A stretch of 64,000 nt of DNA from an uncultured Cytophagia bacterium (GCA_964436305.1 CAYTCI010000005.1:14629-78628), one strand, 5' to 3'. Shown: positions 34,156-43,920, counted from the stretch's first letter. Notes: generated by a model not told the origin, from the letters alone. Translations and numbers: made by a program.

Positions 34156-35046
34156 GTGAGCTGTTCCAGATTAATACCCTTGCTCCTGTTGGCGGCGTGG
34201 CTCCCGGCAGCGGGGCAAAAGACGCCGGTTCTTCCGGTAAACTATGAGGAGCTCACCTCGCCGCAATTTGTGCAGGCGGTTACCTCCAGTCACGGCACCT
34301 GCATCATTCCCATCGGCATCCTGGAAAAACATGGGCCGCATCTGCCGCTTGGAACCGATCTGATCGATGCGCGCAAGATTGCCCTGACGGCAGCCGCCCG
34401 CGAGTATGCCGTGGTCTTTCCCCCCTATTATTTTGGCCAGATCAACGAAGCCAAACATCAGCCTGGTACAGTAGCGTACAAACATGAACTCGTCTGGGAT
34501 TTGCTGCAGGCGACGTGCGATGAACTGGCGCGCAACGGCATGAAAAAGATCATCCTGGTCAACGGCCATGGCGGCAACAACTATCTGCTGCGTTACTTCT
34601 GCCAGGCGCAGATGGAGGAGCCGCACGATTATGCGGTCCTCCTGTTTATGCCTGCCGAGGATGCGGCCTTTGCCAGCAAGATCGCCGCGATGAAGAAAAC
34701 GAAAACCGGCGGCCATGCCGATGAGGAAGAGACCGCCATGATGCTGTCGCATCGGCCGGAGCTGGTCCATCTGGATCAGGCCAACACGCAATCCGGCACA
34801 GATCTGGCGCGTCTGGCGGATCTGCCCAACCTCTTCACCGGCATTTGGTGGTTTGCCCGCTTCCCCAATCACTATGCCGGCGATGGTGCCCCCGCGCAGG
34901 CCGAACTGGGCAAGCTGATCATCGAGCACGAGGTGGATCAGCTGGTTAAAATGATCGTCAGTGTCAAGGCGGATAATAAAGTCCTGCAGCTGCAGCAGGA
35001 ATTCTATGACAAGGCGGAGCACCCGCTCGAGACCAGGCCGGAATGA
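34156..35046 (+). CDS. Creatininase-family amidohydrolase with N-terminal signal peptide
   Basis: GILEKHGPHLPLGTDLID and LVNGHGGN family motifs. GTG start with AGGAGG 7 nt upstream. N-terminus LIPLLLLAAWLPAAGQ looks like a Sec signal. Confidence 0.8.
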   Translation: MSCSRLIPLLLLAAWLPAAGQKTPVLPVNYEELTSPQFVQAVTSSHGTCIIPIGILEKHGPHLPLGTDLIDARKIALTAAAREYAVVFPPYYFGQINEAKHQPGTVAYKHELVWDLLQATCDELARNGMKKIILVNGHGGNNYLLRYFCQAQMEEPHDYAVLLFMPAEDAAFASKIAAMKKTKTGGHADEEETAMMLSHRPELVHLDQANTQSGTDLARLADLPNLFTGIWWFARFPNHYAGDGAPAQAELGKLIIEHEVDQLVKMIVSVKADNKVLQLQQEFYDKAEHPLETRPE

Positions 35047-35119
35047 GCGGTAGTACGTCCCGGGTTGCAGCGGTCACCGCTTGCCAAGGTACTATGCTCC
35101 TGGATGGGCCAATTCCTGA

Positions 35120-35587
35120 TCAGGGATGCTTCACCTTCTGCTGGAGCATCCCGATGGTCTTGAGCAACCGCTGGTCGCGGGTCTCCTGCTTTTTCGCCTC
35201 CTCGATCCAGCGCACATACTCTTTCCTGTTGGTATAGGAGAGCCCGTCAAACCAGCGTCCGGCCTCGGGATTTTCATCGAGCAGCCGGCCCAGGTCGGCG
35301 GGGATCGCCACCTCGCGAGGCTCGTCATCCCTCCGCAGCACAACATGGACCTGATCGCCCGGGTTCTTGCCGATGGCAACCCGCATCGCCTGGGTCAATC
35401 CAAGCCAGTGGCAGGGCGAGCCCACCTTCACCAGCGAGCCGCGGTATTCGTGGCCGTCGAAAGTCGCCACCACCTTCACCCGGCCCTTGACGCCGAATTC
35501 CTCTTCCACGTGGTACGGAAATTCGATAAAGGCGGCATCCAGGCCGGGATGCTTCTGGATCACCGCATCAAATTCATAACTCTTCAT
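35120..35587 (-). CDS. YdeI/OmpD-associated family protein (DUF1905 + C-terminal helical domain)
   Basis: FPYHVEEEFGVKGRVKVVATFDGHEYRGSL (DUF1905-like) and LSYTNRKEYVRWIEEAKKQETRDQRL (YdeI tail). I chose the start at the internal ATG 35587 (MKSYEF). Confidence 0.8.
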   Translation of the reverse strand: MKSYEFDAVIQKHPGLDAAFIEFPYHVEEEFGVKGRVKVVATFDGHEYRGSLVKVGSPCHWLGLTQAMRVAIGKNPGDQVHVVLRRDDEPREVAIPADLGRLLDENPEAGRWFDGLSYTNRKEYVRWIEEAKKQETRDQRLLKTIGMLQQKVKHP

Positions 35588-35653
35588 GACATCACTCCGG
35601 TAGTAATCGGCGGTGAATTCGCAGCCCCTGCAGCAGCAGATCATTTCCTGCCG

Positions 35654-37846
35654 TCACCGCAACAGCAGCAGCTTGATCTCCCCCGACCAGTTATCAGATT
35701 CCAGCCGGCAGAAATAGGTGCCGCTGGGCGCTCCTGCTGCATCCCAGTGCACGGAGTGGGAACCTGCTCCCAAAGAGCGTGCCAGCAGCACACTCACCTC
35801 CCGCCCCCGTGCGTCGTAGATTTTCAGCACGACCTTGTCCGGCCGTGGCAGCCTGAAATCGATGCGGGTGGTCGCATTGAAGGGATTGGGATAGTTCTGC
35901 GCCAGGCGGTACGACTCCGGCGCAGAGAGCGGCGGCCCGGTGATAGAGGTCCCGCCAACGACTCCGGCGACTTCAGCAGCTGCTGCCAGCATGAGTTGCG
36001 CACCTTTCCGGAGCATCCCTGGCGATATCTGGCTGATCAAATCCGTTGCCTTATGGTAGTATGGATCCAGCCCGCCCCAAATTTCCTCTGCACGCCCTTC
36101 CTCAACAGAGACAGCGTCATAGCCGGCGGCGGCAAAGGGCCCGTAATCGCTGGCACCCGTGGAATCAACCACCGCATCCAGGGTTGCGCCAAGTTCATAG
36201 CGGGTATTGTAGACCATCGCCGAATCGATCAGGCGGCTGCGGGTGAGATAGCTTCCGATCACAAGCCGCGCCGGGTTACCGGTCAGAGGGTAGCCGATCA
36301 TGTCTCCATTTACCGCCGCCGCAATCTCGCGTTTCTCCTCACGGGCTTGCACAACAAAATGGGTGCTGCCGAGCATGCCGAGTTCTTCACCGGATACGAG
36401 AAGGAACTTGAGGGAGGCGCCGAACTCATAATCCCGGCAGAGCCTTGCGGCCTCCATAACCGCGCTGGTCCCGGAGGCGTTATCGTTGGCGCCGGGGGCG
36501 TGGTTGAGGGGATCGTCGCTGAACGAATCATAATGCGCCACCATCACCACTTCCCGCTGCGGCGCCGCCGCGCCTTTCCGGGCTGCCTGGATGTTACGCG
36601 AGAGGTGGATCAGACTCTCCGGCAGGTGTTCTGCACGGGAGGTCCATACTTCCCCCCCGGAATTGACGAGCAAAGTTCCGCGAGAACCACAGGCCAGCCA
36701 TGATCCATCCCGGGTTCTGTCCATCCGATAGAGATAAGGCCCCCACCCCAGGTTGAGGAGTGAATATTCCTCCTGCCAGCTTGCGCCACCGTCATGGGTG
36801 GCGAGGATCAGCCCGCTGACCGTTACGAGCCGTCCATGCAGGTGATCCGCCATGATGAGGTCGCGGGGCTGATAATCAGCCGGCAAATTCGTCTTGACTA
36901 CTTGCCATGAGTCGCCACCATCGCCGGTGTGGAGGATCAGTCCCCTCTCACCAGCCACCCATCCTTCCATGGGCGAGATAAAAGAGACTACATTCAATCG
37001 GTAGGCGGAATTATTCAGGCGGGAGACCCAGCTCTTGCCGTGATCGCTCGAGGAAAAGAGGGCGCCGTAGTAGCTGCAGAGCCAGACATGATCGTTATCA
37101 ACGACGTGGAGGTTCCAGAAGGCATCGGTGTTGTTCAGGGTAATTTTCTGCCAGACGGTCGTGTCACTTTCTTTGCGATAGAGTCCGCCTCTTTCACCGC
37201 AGGCCAGGATAACTCCGTTCGGCAGAGCGGCGATATCCCAAAGACGGGGCGCGCCGTCCAGCACCGTTTTGGTCCAGGTAGTGCCGCCGTCCTGTGTCCC
37301 GTACAAATTGCCCAGGTAGCTGCAGGCCCATCCCTCGGTACTGGAGAGAAAATCGAGGCCGTAAAGCGGCTCTTTTTCGGGAAGGGTGAGCAGCAGCTGC
37401 CATGTAGCGCCGCGGTCCGTGCTGCGCAGGATGTGGCCGCGCAGGGTGACAGCCCAGAGGGAGTCCGATCCTGCATGCGCCAGATCATAGAGATCGGTCA
37501 AGCCGGTGACATACCAGTCGGATTCGGCCTGGTATCCCAGGGCTCGCAGCCGTTCGAGAAGGTACTCAGCGGCCTGGTCCCGCTGAGGGGCATATTCATA
37601 ACGAGTGCCGAAATCCTGCAGATCCTGGATGGTCCGCAACATGGAATCACTCGATACCTTGCTGACCATCTCCTGGATGAAAGGCGCTGAATCGAGGGCG
37701 GGCGGCAGCGTCGCCGGGGGGTATGGCCGGTTGGCGACGGGCAGGGCTCGCCAGGGTTGGGATGGACGAGGCGGCTGGGCGAGGAGTGATGTGCTGGCCA
37801 GGAAGCCGAGAGTGCAAAGGATGGTGATCTTGACTGTTTTCTGCAT
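35654..37846 (-). CDS. T9SS-secreted M28 aminopeptidase with an inserted Ycf48/BNR-like beta-propeller
   Basis: M28 N-terminal helix (IQDLQDFGTRYEY..AAEYLLERLRALGY) and catalytic core (VVMVAHYDS, PGANDNASGTSAVME, LVSGEELGMLGS, DPYYHKATD). They are separated by about 300 aa of repeats such as STDRGATWQ, TQDGGTTWTK, SSDHGKSWV, TGDGGDSWQ and THDGGASWQ. Type-A CTD NYPNPFNATTRIDFRLP...LLLLR. Confidence 0.85.
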   Translation of the reverse strand: MQKTVKITILCTLGFLASTSLLAQPPRPSQPWRALPVANRPYPPATLPPALDSAPFIQEMVSKVSSDSMLRTIQDLQDFGTRYEYAPQRDQAAEYLLERLRALGYQAESDWYVTGLTDLYDLAHAGSDSLWAVTLRGHILRSTDRGATWQLLLTLPEKEPLYGLDFLSSTEGWACSYLGNLYGTQDGGTTWTKTVLDGAPRLWDIAALPNGVILACGERGGLYRKESDTTVWQKITLNNTDAFWNLHVVDNDHVWLCSYYGALFSSSDHGKSWVSRLNNSAYRLNVVSFISPMEGWVAGERGLILHTGDGGDSWQVVKTNLPADYQPRDLIMADHLHGRLVTVSGLILATHDGGASWQEEYSLLNLGWGPYLYRMDRTRDGSWLACGSRGTLLVNSGGEVWTSRAEHLPESLIHLSRNIQAARKGAAAPQREVVMVAHYDSFSDDPLNHAPGANDNASGTSAVMEAARLCRDYEFGASLKFLLVSGEELGMLGSTHFVVQAREEKREIAAAVNGDMIGYPLTGNPARLVIGSYLTRSRLIDSAMVYNTRYELGATLDAVVDSTGASDYGPFAAAGYDAVSVEEGRAEEIWGGLDPYYHKATDLISQISPGMLRKGAQLMLAAAAEVAGVVGGTSITGPPLSAPESYRLAQNYPNPFNATTRIDFRLPRPDKVVLKIYDARGREVSVLLARSLGAGSHSVHWDAAGAPSGTYFCRLESDNWSGEIKLLLLR

Positions 37847-37993
37847 AAGGCCCCCATCTCAAGAATGCTGCTAAAGCCAGCGGCCGAGCTACTCCGGATG
37901 GCGGTATGCCCGGATCTCGCGGCCATTTTTTGCAGGAGCAAAGGCTCCCCTGTTGTCCTTCGTGCCGGAGAGCTATTCTCCGGTGTGTCCAGG

Positions 37994-38818
37994 CTATACC
38001 TCTTTCCTGGCGACCTCGAGATTGACCATGACGGGCACCTTGAGACGGTTGCCCTGATCACGGATGAGTGCGGCGATGTGCTCGTAAAATGGCGCCATGC
38101 GCTCTTCGGGAAGGCAGGCATTGGATGAGAAGGTGCGCAAAAGCCCCACATAGGCCTCCGCGGTAAAAGAACGCGTAGAATGAAACTCCCTGTGAGCATG
38201 CAAGCTCAAGCCTGGCGCTTGCTCAAATTCGCTTCTTCTTGCCGCGATCCTTTGCCCCTGGATCCCGCGGAGATCATCATGCAGCTCAGGCTGTGGATGA
38301 AATTGTGCATAAATTTCGCGGATGGCATCAAAAACAGGCGCATTGGTCCGGGAGAAATTGCTCCACCAGGCCGCCAAAAAACCACCTGGCTTGAGCAACT
38401 TGCAGACCCTGGCGAACTTGACCGACGGTTCCACCCAATGAAACGAGGTCGCTGCGGCGATCAGATCACACGGCACCGCTGTTGCATACGCTTCAAATGA
38501 GGTGTGGACCAAGTGGATGGCGGGGATGTGACCGAGCCGTTTTTTGGCCTGGGCCAGGAGCGCTGCTCCGGGTTCGAGGGCATAGATGGTTGCATGCCAA
38601 TGGCCGTACATTTGTTCGGTGGCGATGCCGCTGCCGGCACCGATCTCGACGACCACCGAATTCTCATCCACACCCGTCAGGTGCTGCAGTTCGATATAGA
38701 GGTCGTCCGGATAGCCCGTTCTATAGGCGTCATAGAGAGCTGCATTGCGGTTGAAAGACTCCGCCCGCTGGCGGTCAATTCGTCCTTGTTTTCCAGCTGC
38801 GGCAAACTCTGGCTGCAC
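37994..38818 (-). CDS. Class I SAM-dependent methyltransferase
   Basis: Motif I VVEIGAGSGIATEQM, with motif post-I/II spacing (LEPG, DLIAAATSFHW, LKPGGFLAAWW). Confidence 0.75.
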   Translation of the reverse strand: MQPEFAAAGKQGRIDRQRAESFNRNAALYDAYRTGYPDDLYIELQHLTGVDENSVVVEIGAGSGIATEQMYGHWHATIYALEPGAALLAQAKKRLGHIPAIHLVHTSFEAYATAVPCDLIAAATSFHWVEPSVKFARVCKLLKPGGFLAAWWSNFSRTNAPVFDAIREIYAQFHPQPELHDDLRGIQGQRIAARRSEFEQAPGLSLHAHREFHSTRSFTAEAYVGLLRTFSSNACLPEERMAPFYEHIAALIRDQGNRLKVPVMVNLEVARKEV

Positions 38819-38864
38819 AAGCGCTCCTTTGGGGCTGAATGCGATCGTATTCTGCGGGCCCGCG

Positions 38865-39587
38865 CTAGGGCTTTTTATCCCCCGAAATACACTCTACTGT
38901 GATCTTGGTAAAAACCTCCCGGGCGGAATCGATGCCCTCGAGATCGGTCAGCGGCTCGGCGGTGTAGTAGTATTGATGGCTGCGGCCGCTCAGTTCGGGA
39001 GCCGATCGGTCGCCGGGTACGGCGGTGATGGTGCCATGGAAGAGCAGCGACGGCTGCCCGTTGCCATGCTTGTCGTGGCGCTTTTGCGCATTCGCCTTGG
39101 GGAATGTACGGTTGTAATCGCCTGCCACGTTCATCTCGATGTAATAGTCGTAGCTCTTGCCCGCCTCGACGCGGGCGGAGGCGCGGATTTCCGCTTTCTG
39201 TGGCGTGGCGCCGGTGACTGTGTCGTAAAAGGGATCGCGCGGCGTGGGGAAATCGTTGCGCCCGGTTTCCTTGCGGAAGGCCCCGATCCAGAGAGGAAGT
39301 GAGACCGGGCACTCAACCTTGCCGGCGTACTCGCCCCTGGCGGTGCGCCGGGTGACGAAGACCGTGGTGATCCGGCCGTTCTCATGCTCCTGCAGCCAGA
39401 TGGCGAACTGTGGGGGTTCGCCGTAAGAACTGCGTTCATAGATTTCACGGCTCTGGCACAGGCTGAAATACAGCGTCAGTGAATCGGCGGTCTGAGCTGC
39501 TTGTGCACAGACCTGGCTGTTTGCAGCAGCGGCCAGCGCCGCTGCCCAAAGAGCCGCTGTGCGGATGATTTTTCGGGATCGCCCCAT
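38865..39587 (-). CDS. Secreted protein of unknown function
   Basis: Signal peptide AALWAAALAAAANSQVCAQA. 240 aa with good codon coherence. Its start lies 1 nt after the stop of the upstream oxidoreductase gene. No family motif securely recognised. Confidence 0.55.
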   Translation of the reverse strand: MGRSRKIIRTAALWAAALAAAANSQVCAQAAQTADSLTLYFSLCQSREIYERSSYGEPPQFAIWLQEHENGRITTVFVTRRTARGEYAGKVECPVSLPLWIGAFRKETGRNDFPTPRDPFYDTVTGATPQKAEIRASARVEAGKSYDYYIEMNVAGDYNRTFPKANAQKRHDKHGNGQPSLLFHGTITAVPGDRSAPELSGRSHQYYYTAEPLTDLEGIDSAREVFTKITVECISGDKKP

Positions 39588-39588
39588 C

Positions 39589-40908
39589 TCACCAGCCCCC
39601 GGAAAGTCCGAAGATCGGCTTGCGGCTCAGCCAGCGTCCGCGGGTAAAATCGGGAAATTCGACCGGTGCACCGCCGCGGGCTATCGACTCTTCGGTCAGC
39701 GGCGAAATGACAATCCAGGAGGCGGTATCATAGACATCGATGGGCGTCGGGAGCTGACGGCGGGCGCACTCAAGGAAGGCGCGCACCTTGAGGTAGGCCG
39801 GTCCGCCACGCTCCTGCTGCGGATCCTCCTGGAGATACTTTTTCCACAGTGGATGCTCGTATTTCTCCTGATAGGGTGCGAAGGATTCCCAGGTATCCTC
39901 TGGACTGGTCCCCTCCAGATAGATCGAATTGTTATCCTCCATCCACAGCCCGCCGGTGCCCTGAACGCGGTACATGTTGGAGTAGGGGCGTGGCGAATTG
40001 GAATCGTAGTTGACGATGACGCTTTCGCCCTGGGCGCACTTGATCACCGTGGTGACGATATCGCCGAGCGCATATTCGCGGGTGGCGTTATGATGGCCGG
40101 CGCCGAATTTTTTGCGGATATACTCCTTCATGCCGCGCGACTTGCTGGCGGTGGCAGTGAGGGTGAGAAAGCGGTTGCCGCGGTCAATATCGAGACAATT
40201 GGCGATGGGACCGATGCCGTGGGTTGGATAGAGATCACCGTTGCGCTTGAGGGCCTGCTCGCCCCACCAGGTCAGTTCGCCGTCTGGTCCAAAATTGACG
40301 TTGCGGATGTCGTGCTGGTAGCCGCACTGGCAGTGCACCAGTTCGCCGAAGAGGCCCTGGCGAACCATGTTGAGGATAGCCATGCTGTCGCGGTCGTAGC
40401 AGTGGTTCTCGAGCATCATGCAGGGCATGCCCGACTCTTCCGAAGCCCGCACCAGCTGCCAGACCTCATCGATGGAAGCGGCGCCCCAGACTTCAGGAGC
40501 ACAATACTTTTTGGCGCGCATGGTGGCGACAGCCATTGGCGTGTGCCAAACCCACGGGGTGGCGATGATCACGGCGTCGAGGTCGTCCCTTAGCACCATG
40601 TTCTCATAATCGGTCTCGCTCCTGGAATAGCCTTCCGGCCGTTTACGGCCGCTGGCCTCCACCAGGCGCTGGGCGCGCGCAAGGTGCTCCAGGTCGATGT
40701 CGCAGAGGGCGGGGATATCGACCTCCGGCATGGTCAGACACATCTGCAGCAGTTCCGTGCCATAGCTGCCAACCCCGATGATGCCAAGGCGCACCCGGGC
40801 AGCCTCCTTGCCGGCGAGCAAATTCTCCGGAGTCAGGGCAGCCGCCAGGCCGGTTACCGCGGTCGCTTTGAGAAAATCACGGCGTTCGATTTCATGGTTC
40901 ATGATCAA
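39589..40908 (-). CDS. Tat-exported Gfo/Idh/MocA-family NAD oxidoreductase, GH109-like
   Basis: Twin-arginine signal ERRDFLKATAVTGLAAAL. Rossmann VRLGIIGVGSYG. Size and layout resemble NAD-dependent GH109-type glycosidases. Confidence 0.8.
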   Translation of the reverse strand: MIMNHEIERRDFLKATAVTGLAAALTPENLLAGKEAARVRLGIIGVGSYGTELLQMCLTMPEVDIPALCDIDLEHLARAQRLVEASGRKRPEGYSRSETDYENMVLRDDLDAVIIATPWVWHTPMAVATMRAKKYCAPEVWGAASIDEVWQLVRASEESGMPCMMLENHCYDRDSMAILNMVRQGLFGELVHCQCGYQHDIRNVNFGPDGELTWWGEQALKRNGDLYPTHGIGPIANCLDIDRGNRFLTLTATASKSRGMKEYIRKKFGAGHHNATREYALGDIVTTVIKCAQGESVIVNYDSNSPRPYSNMYRVQGTGGLWMEDNNSIYLEGTSPEDTWESFAPYQEKYEHPLWKKYLQEDPQQERGGPAYLKVRAFLECARRQLPTPIDVYDTASWIVISPLTEESIARGGAPVEFPDFTRGRWLSRKPIFGLSGGW

Positions 40909-41287
40909 GTGCTCCTTCGCGAATGGTATCCATCCGGCGCAGTGACTCCGCCGCTGGGGGTTAATAAAACGAGAAACGCATCCTCCGCCAGGTACCTGAG
41001 ATCAGGCCCTTCCCCGCCGTTTAGCGCAACTCTTTATCAGGCGCCCCCAGCGACCTCATGGTCTTTGCCTCCCGGCAAATTACCCAAGATAGGTTTGAAA
41101 AGCAAGCAGAATTGCTAAAAAAACAGGCGAGCAGGCGAAATTGCCGAAGGCTCGATACTGAATTCCGGGTGCGGCCTTCCCCGTATCGATCGTGCCCTAC
41201 TGTCATCGAACTCGTCCTTACGCAGCAGCACCCGCTTTTAATCACAGGCTGGACACCAAAAGTGGTGTCGATTGATGAACTATTTGC

Positions 41288-41316
41288 TTGCACAAATCCT
41301 GCGATAATGGTAAATA
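41288..41316 (+). promoter_or_regulatory. Candidate promoter TTGCAC-17-TAAATA upstream of the secreted esterase gene
   Basis: TTGCAC at 41288-41293, 17-nt spacer, TAAATA at 41311-41316, about 135 nt before the ATG at 41452. Sequence match only. Confidence 0.3.
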
Positions 41317-41451
41317 ATAGCAGGGCGCGAGCCCACGATCTGCATTCCGTTACCACGCCCCGGCCTGCAGCGGCAATGGCCGGCTTGGCAGCGAGATAAT
41401 AATGGCACATCATACCGTTTGAACAACCTGGCCAAAGGGGGAGGTACCGCC

Positions 41452-43920
41452 ATGCGACACAATCCACCGGCAATAGTGCTTCTCGTGATCCTGGCCCTTG
41501 GCCTGGCGGGCAGCGCCCGGCCGCAGCCGGCCATCACCAGCCAATTCGCCTTCCGTACCCACTTTTGGCAGGGAAATCGGATGCCCTATCGTCTTTTCGT
41601 GCCGGAGAGTTATTCGCCGCTGCAGCAATATCCCTTGATGCTGACGCTGCACGGCTCGGGCGAGCGCGGCGCCAATAACAAAGCCCAGATCGATAACTAT
41701 CGCATTGCCACAGTCTGGGCCGATCCGGTGAACCAGGCGATCTATCCCTGCCTGGTCGTTTCGCCGCAGTGTCCCGAAAGCGCCAGCTGGAGCGGCGACA
41801 TGCTGTTGGCGGTGAACGATCTGCTCGATTCCCTGCAGCGCGAGTTCAGCGTCGATCCCAATCGCCTCTATGTCACCGGGCTCTCGATGGGAGGGTTCGG
41901 CGCCTGGGAGCTGATCGATCGATTTCCCGGCCGCTTCGCTGCAGCAGTGCCGATGAGCGGCGGTGGCAATGCGCTCGATGTCGCCCCGATGATGGATCAG
42001 GCAATCTGGAATTTCCATGGTGAGCTCGACACCTCCGTGCCGGTGGAGTTGTCGCGCTTTATGATGCAAGCTTTCGAGGCCGCCGGCCGGCCGGTTCTCT
42101 ACACCGGCTGCGAGTATGGGGATTGCCGCGGAGTGAGCCAGGCGGAGGTGCTGCGGCACGTGCAAAATCACACCGATCTCCTCTATACCGAGGTCGACGA
42201 CGGCGGCCACGTGATGTGGGACCAGGCTTACGATTATCCGCCGCTGCTGCCCTGGGTTTTCAGCCAGGTCCGCCGCGACACCTCCCGTCTGCGGCTGACC
42301 GGCCTCACCACCTGGCAGCGGGTCAGCGGGGAGGTCGGGATCACCTGGCGCTCCAGTATTAGCGCCAGCCGCCTCGAGCTCTGGTTCCACGGTGCCCCGG
42401 CGGCGGAGTGGCAGCGTCTGGCCGAGTTGCCCCAGACCGGCATCTGGCGCTGGAATACTGCCGCCGTCGCCGACGGCGCGCTCGCAAGGCTGCGCCTCTA
42501 TGCCTTCGACGCCGGCGGCCGGATCATCGCCTGGGATCAATCGGCTCCCTTCACCATCGACAATGCTGGCAATGGCCTGCCTTACGCTAACATCAGGACC
42601 CCCATCTGGAGCGATCAGCCGCTGGTTGAGCGCGAGCTGGCACTCGCCTGCGCCATTCTCGACGCCGAGACCGATCCTGTCAACGCTGCGGTCGATTACA
42701 GCAGCGACGACGGCCGCACTTGGCAGCCCGCCGGCAGCGTATACAAGGTGCCGGATACCTCGAGCGTGGTCTTCCCTGTCAACCTCGAGGCCTTGCCCAA
42801 CAGCCTGCATGCACGCCTGCGGCTGCAGGTCAGCGACGGTACCTCCATCGCCATCGCCGCAACCCGCTCCTTCCGCAAGCTGACGCCCCGGCTGGACAGC
42901 CTTAAAGTCCTGCATATCGCCGGTAGCGGCGGCGCGAGCATCCAGGCCATGGTCAGCTCCGGCGCGGAGCTGAACGGCGAGCGCTATCGCATCGAATTCA
43001 GCAATCAAAACGGCGTACTCACCTGGTCGGTCCTCTATAGCAGCAGCGGCGTCCGCATTCTGGAAAACATCCCCGTCGAGGCCACTGCGCTGGAGAGCCC
43101 GCTCTTCGACGGTCTCACGTTGAGAGTAGCCGATGCTAATCCGGCCCGGCCGGATATGGACAATAGCGGCTGGAGCCAGGGTACGGCGACGCTCAGGTTT
43201 AACCTCTACCTGCAGGATTACCGGATCGGCGGTGTGATGCGCAAGAGCAATCCGCAGCCTAGCGACTACCGCATCACCTTCTCGGATCAGTTTATCGACA
43301 CCTCGGCCGCGGCCTTTGGCATTCCCCCGGTCCCCATCCGCTTCAGGGTGCGCGACATCACCCGCGATCGCCCGGTCAAGGTCCTCTTCGTCGATACCAA
43401 CCGCGATCAGATGCTCTCACGCCTGGAGTATATCTACCTGGTCGAGCCCGATTCCAGCGGCCAGCCGCGCATCACCTGGAGCATCGGCTTTACGGGGGAC
43501 AGCACCGCCGTGCTCCCCCGCGGCGGCGACGAGCTCACACTGCGAACCCTCAAGCCCTTGAGCACCGCGGACATCTATGAATTCCGCGCCGTGGCCAGCG
43601 GTGTTGCGGTGAATCAGGCGGGCGTGACGCCTGCTGCACAGGCGGTGGTTCTGCGCGGTACCTATCCGAATCCGTTCAATGCCTCGACCACCATCGTCTA
43701 TGAGCTGGGCAGGGATGAAAAAGAGGTTTGCGTGGAAATTTACAATCTGCTCGGGCAGCGGGTGCGGCTGCTCTTCTCGGGCGGGCAAAAAGCGGGGCGG
43801 CATGAACTGGTGTGGGACGGCCGCGATGCAAGCGGCAGAGTGCTGCCCTCGGGTCTCTACCCCCTAATACTGCGGGCCGGCGGGCTGCGGCAAGTAAAGA
43901 CCATGGTGATGGTCAGATGA
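41452..43920 (+). CDS. T9SS-secreted alpha/beta-hydrolase esterase (CE1/dienelactone-hydrolase-like) with ~430-aa beta-rich extension
   Basis: ATG at 41452 preceded by GGGGGAGG. LTLHGSGERGANN and the nucleophile elbow GLSMGGFGAWE. C-terminal TYPNPFNASTTIVYEL...GLYPLIL...MVMVR CTD. Confidence 0.8.
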   Translation: MRHNPPAIVLLVILALGLAGSARPQPAITSQFAFRTHFWQGNRMPYRLFVPESYSPLQQYPLMLTLHGSGERGANNKAQIDNYRIATVWADPVNQAIYPCLVVSPQCPESASWSGDMLLAVNDLLDSLQREFSVDPNRLYVTGLSMGGFGAWELIDRFPGRFAAAVPMSGGGNALDVAPMMDQAIWNFHGELDTSVPVELSRFMMQAFEAAGRPVLYTGCEYGDCRGVSQAEVLRHVQNHTDLLYTEVDDGGHVMWDQAYDYPPLLPWVFSQVRRDTSRLRLTGLTTWQRVSGEVGITWRSSISASRLELWFHGAPAAEWQRLAELPQTGIWRWNTAAVADGALARLRLYAFDAGGRIIAWDQSAPFTIDNAGNGLPYANIRTPIWSDQPLVERELALACAILDAETDPVNAAVDYSSDDGRTWQPAGSVYKVPDTSSVVFPVNLEALPNSLHARLRLQVSDGTSIAIAATRSFRKLTPRLDSLKVLHIAGSGGASIQAMVSSGAELNGERYRIEFSNQNGVLTWSVLYSSSGVRILENIPVEATALESPLFDGLTLRVADANPARPDMDNSGWSQGTATLRFNLYLQDYRIGGVMRKSNPQPSDYRITFSDQFIDTSAAAFGIPPVPIRFRVRDITRDRPVKVLFVDTNRDQMLSRLEYIYLVEPDSSGQPRITWSIGFTGDSTAVLPRGGDELTLRTLKPLSTADIYEFRAVASGVAVNQAGVTPAAQAVVLRGTYPNPFNASTTIVYELGRDEKEVCVEIYNLLGQRVRLLFSGGQKAGRHELVWDGRDASGRVLPSGLYPLILRAGGLRQVKTMVMVR

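Noticed and set aside
41021-41537. Three overlapping 85-150 aa ORFs in the long intergenic region
   Set aside because: No SD sites, mutually overlapping on both strands, composition unlike neighbouring genes, and Cys/Arg-rich nonsense-like translations.
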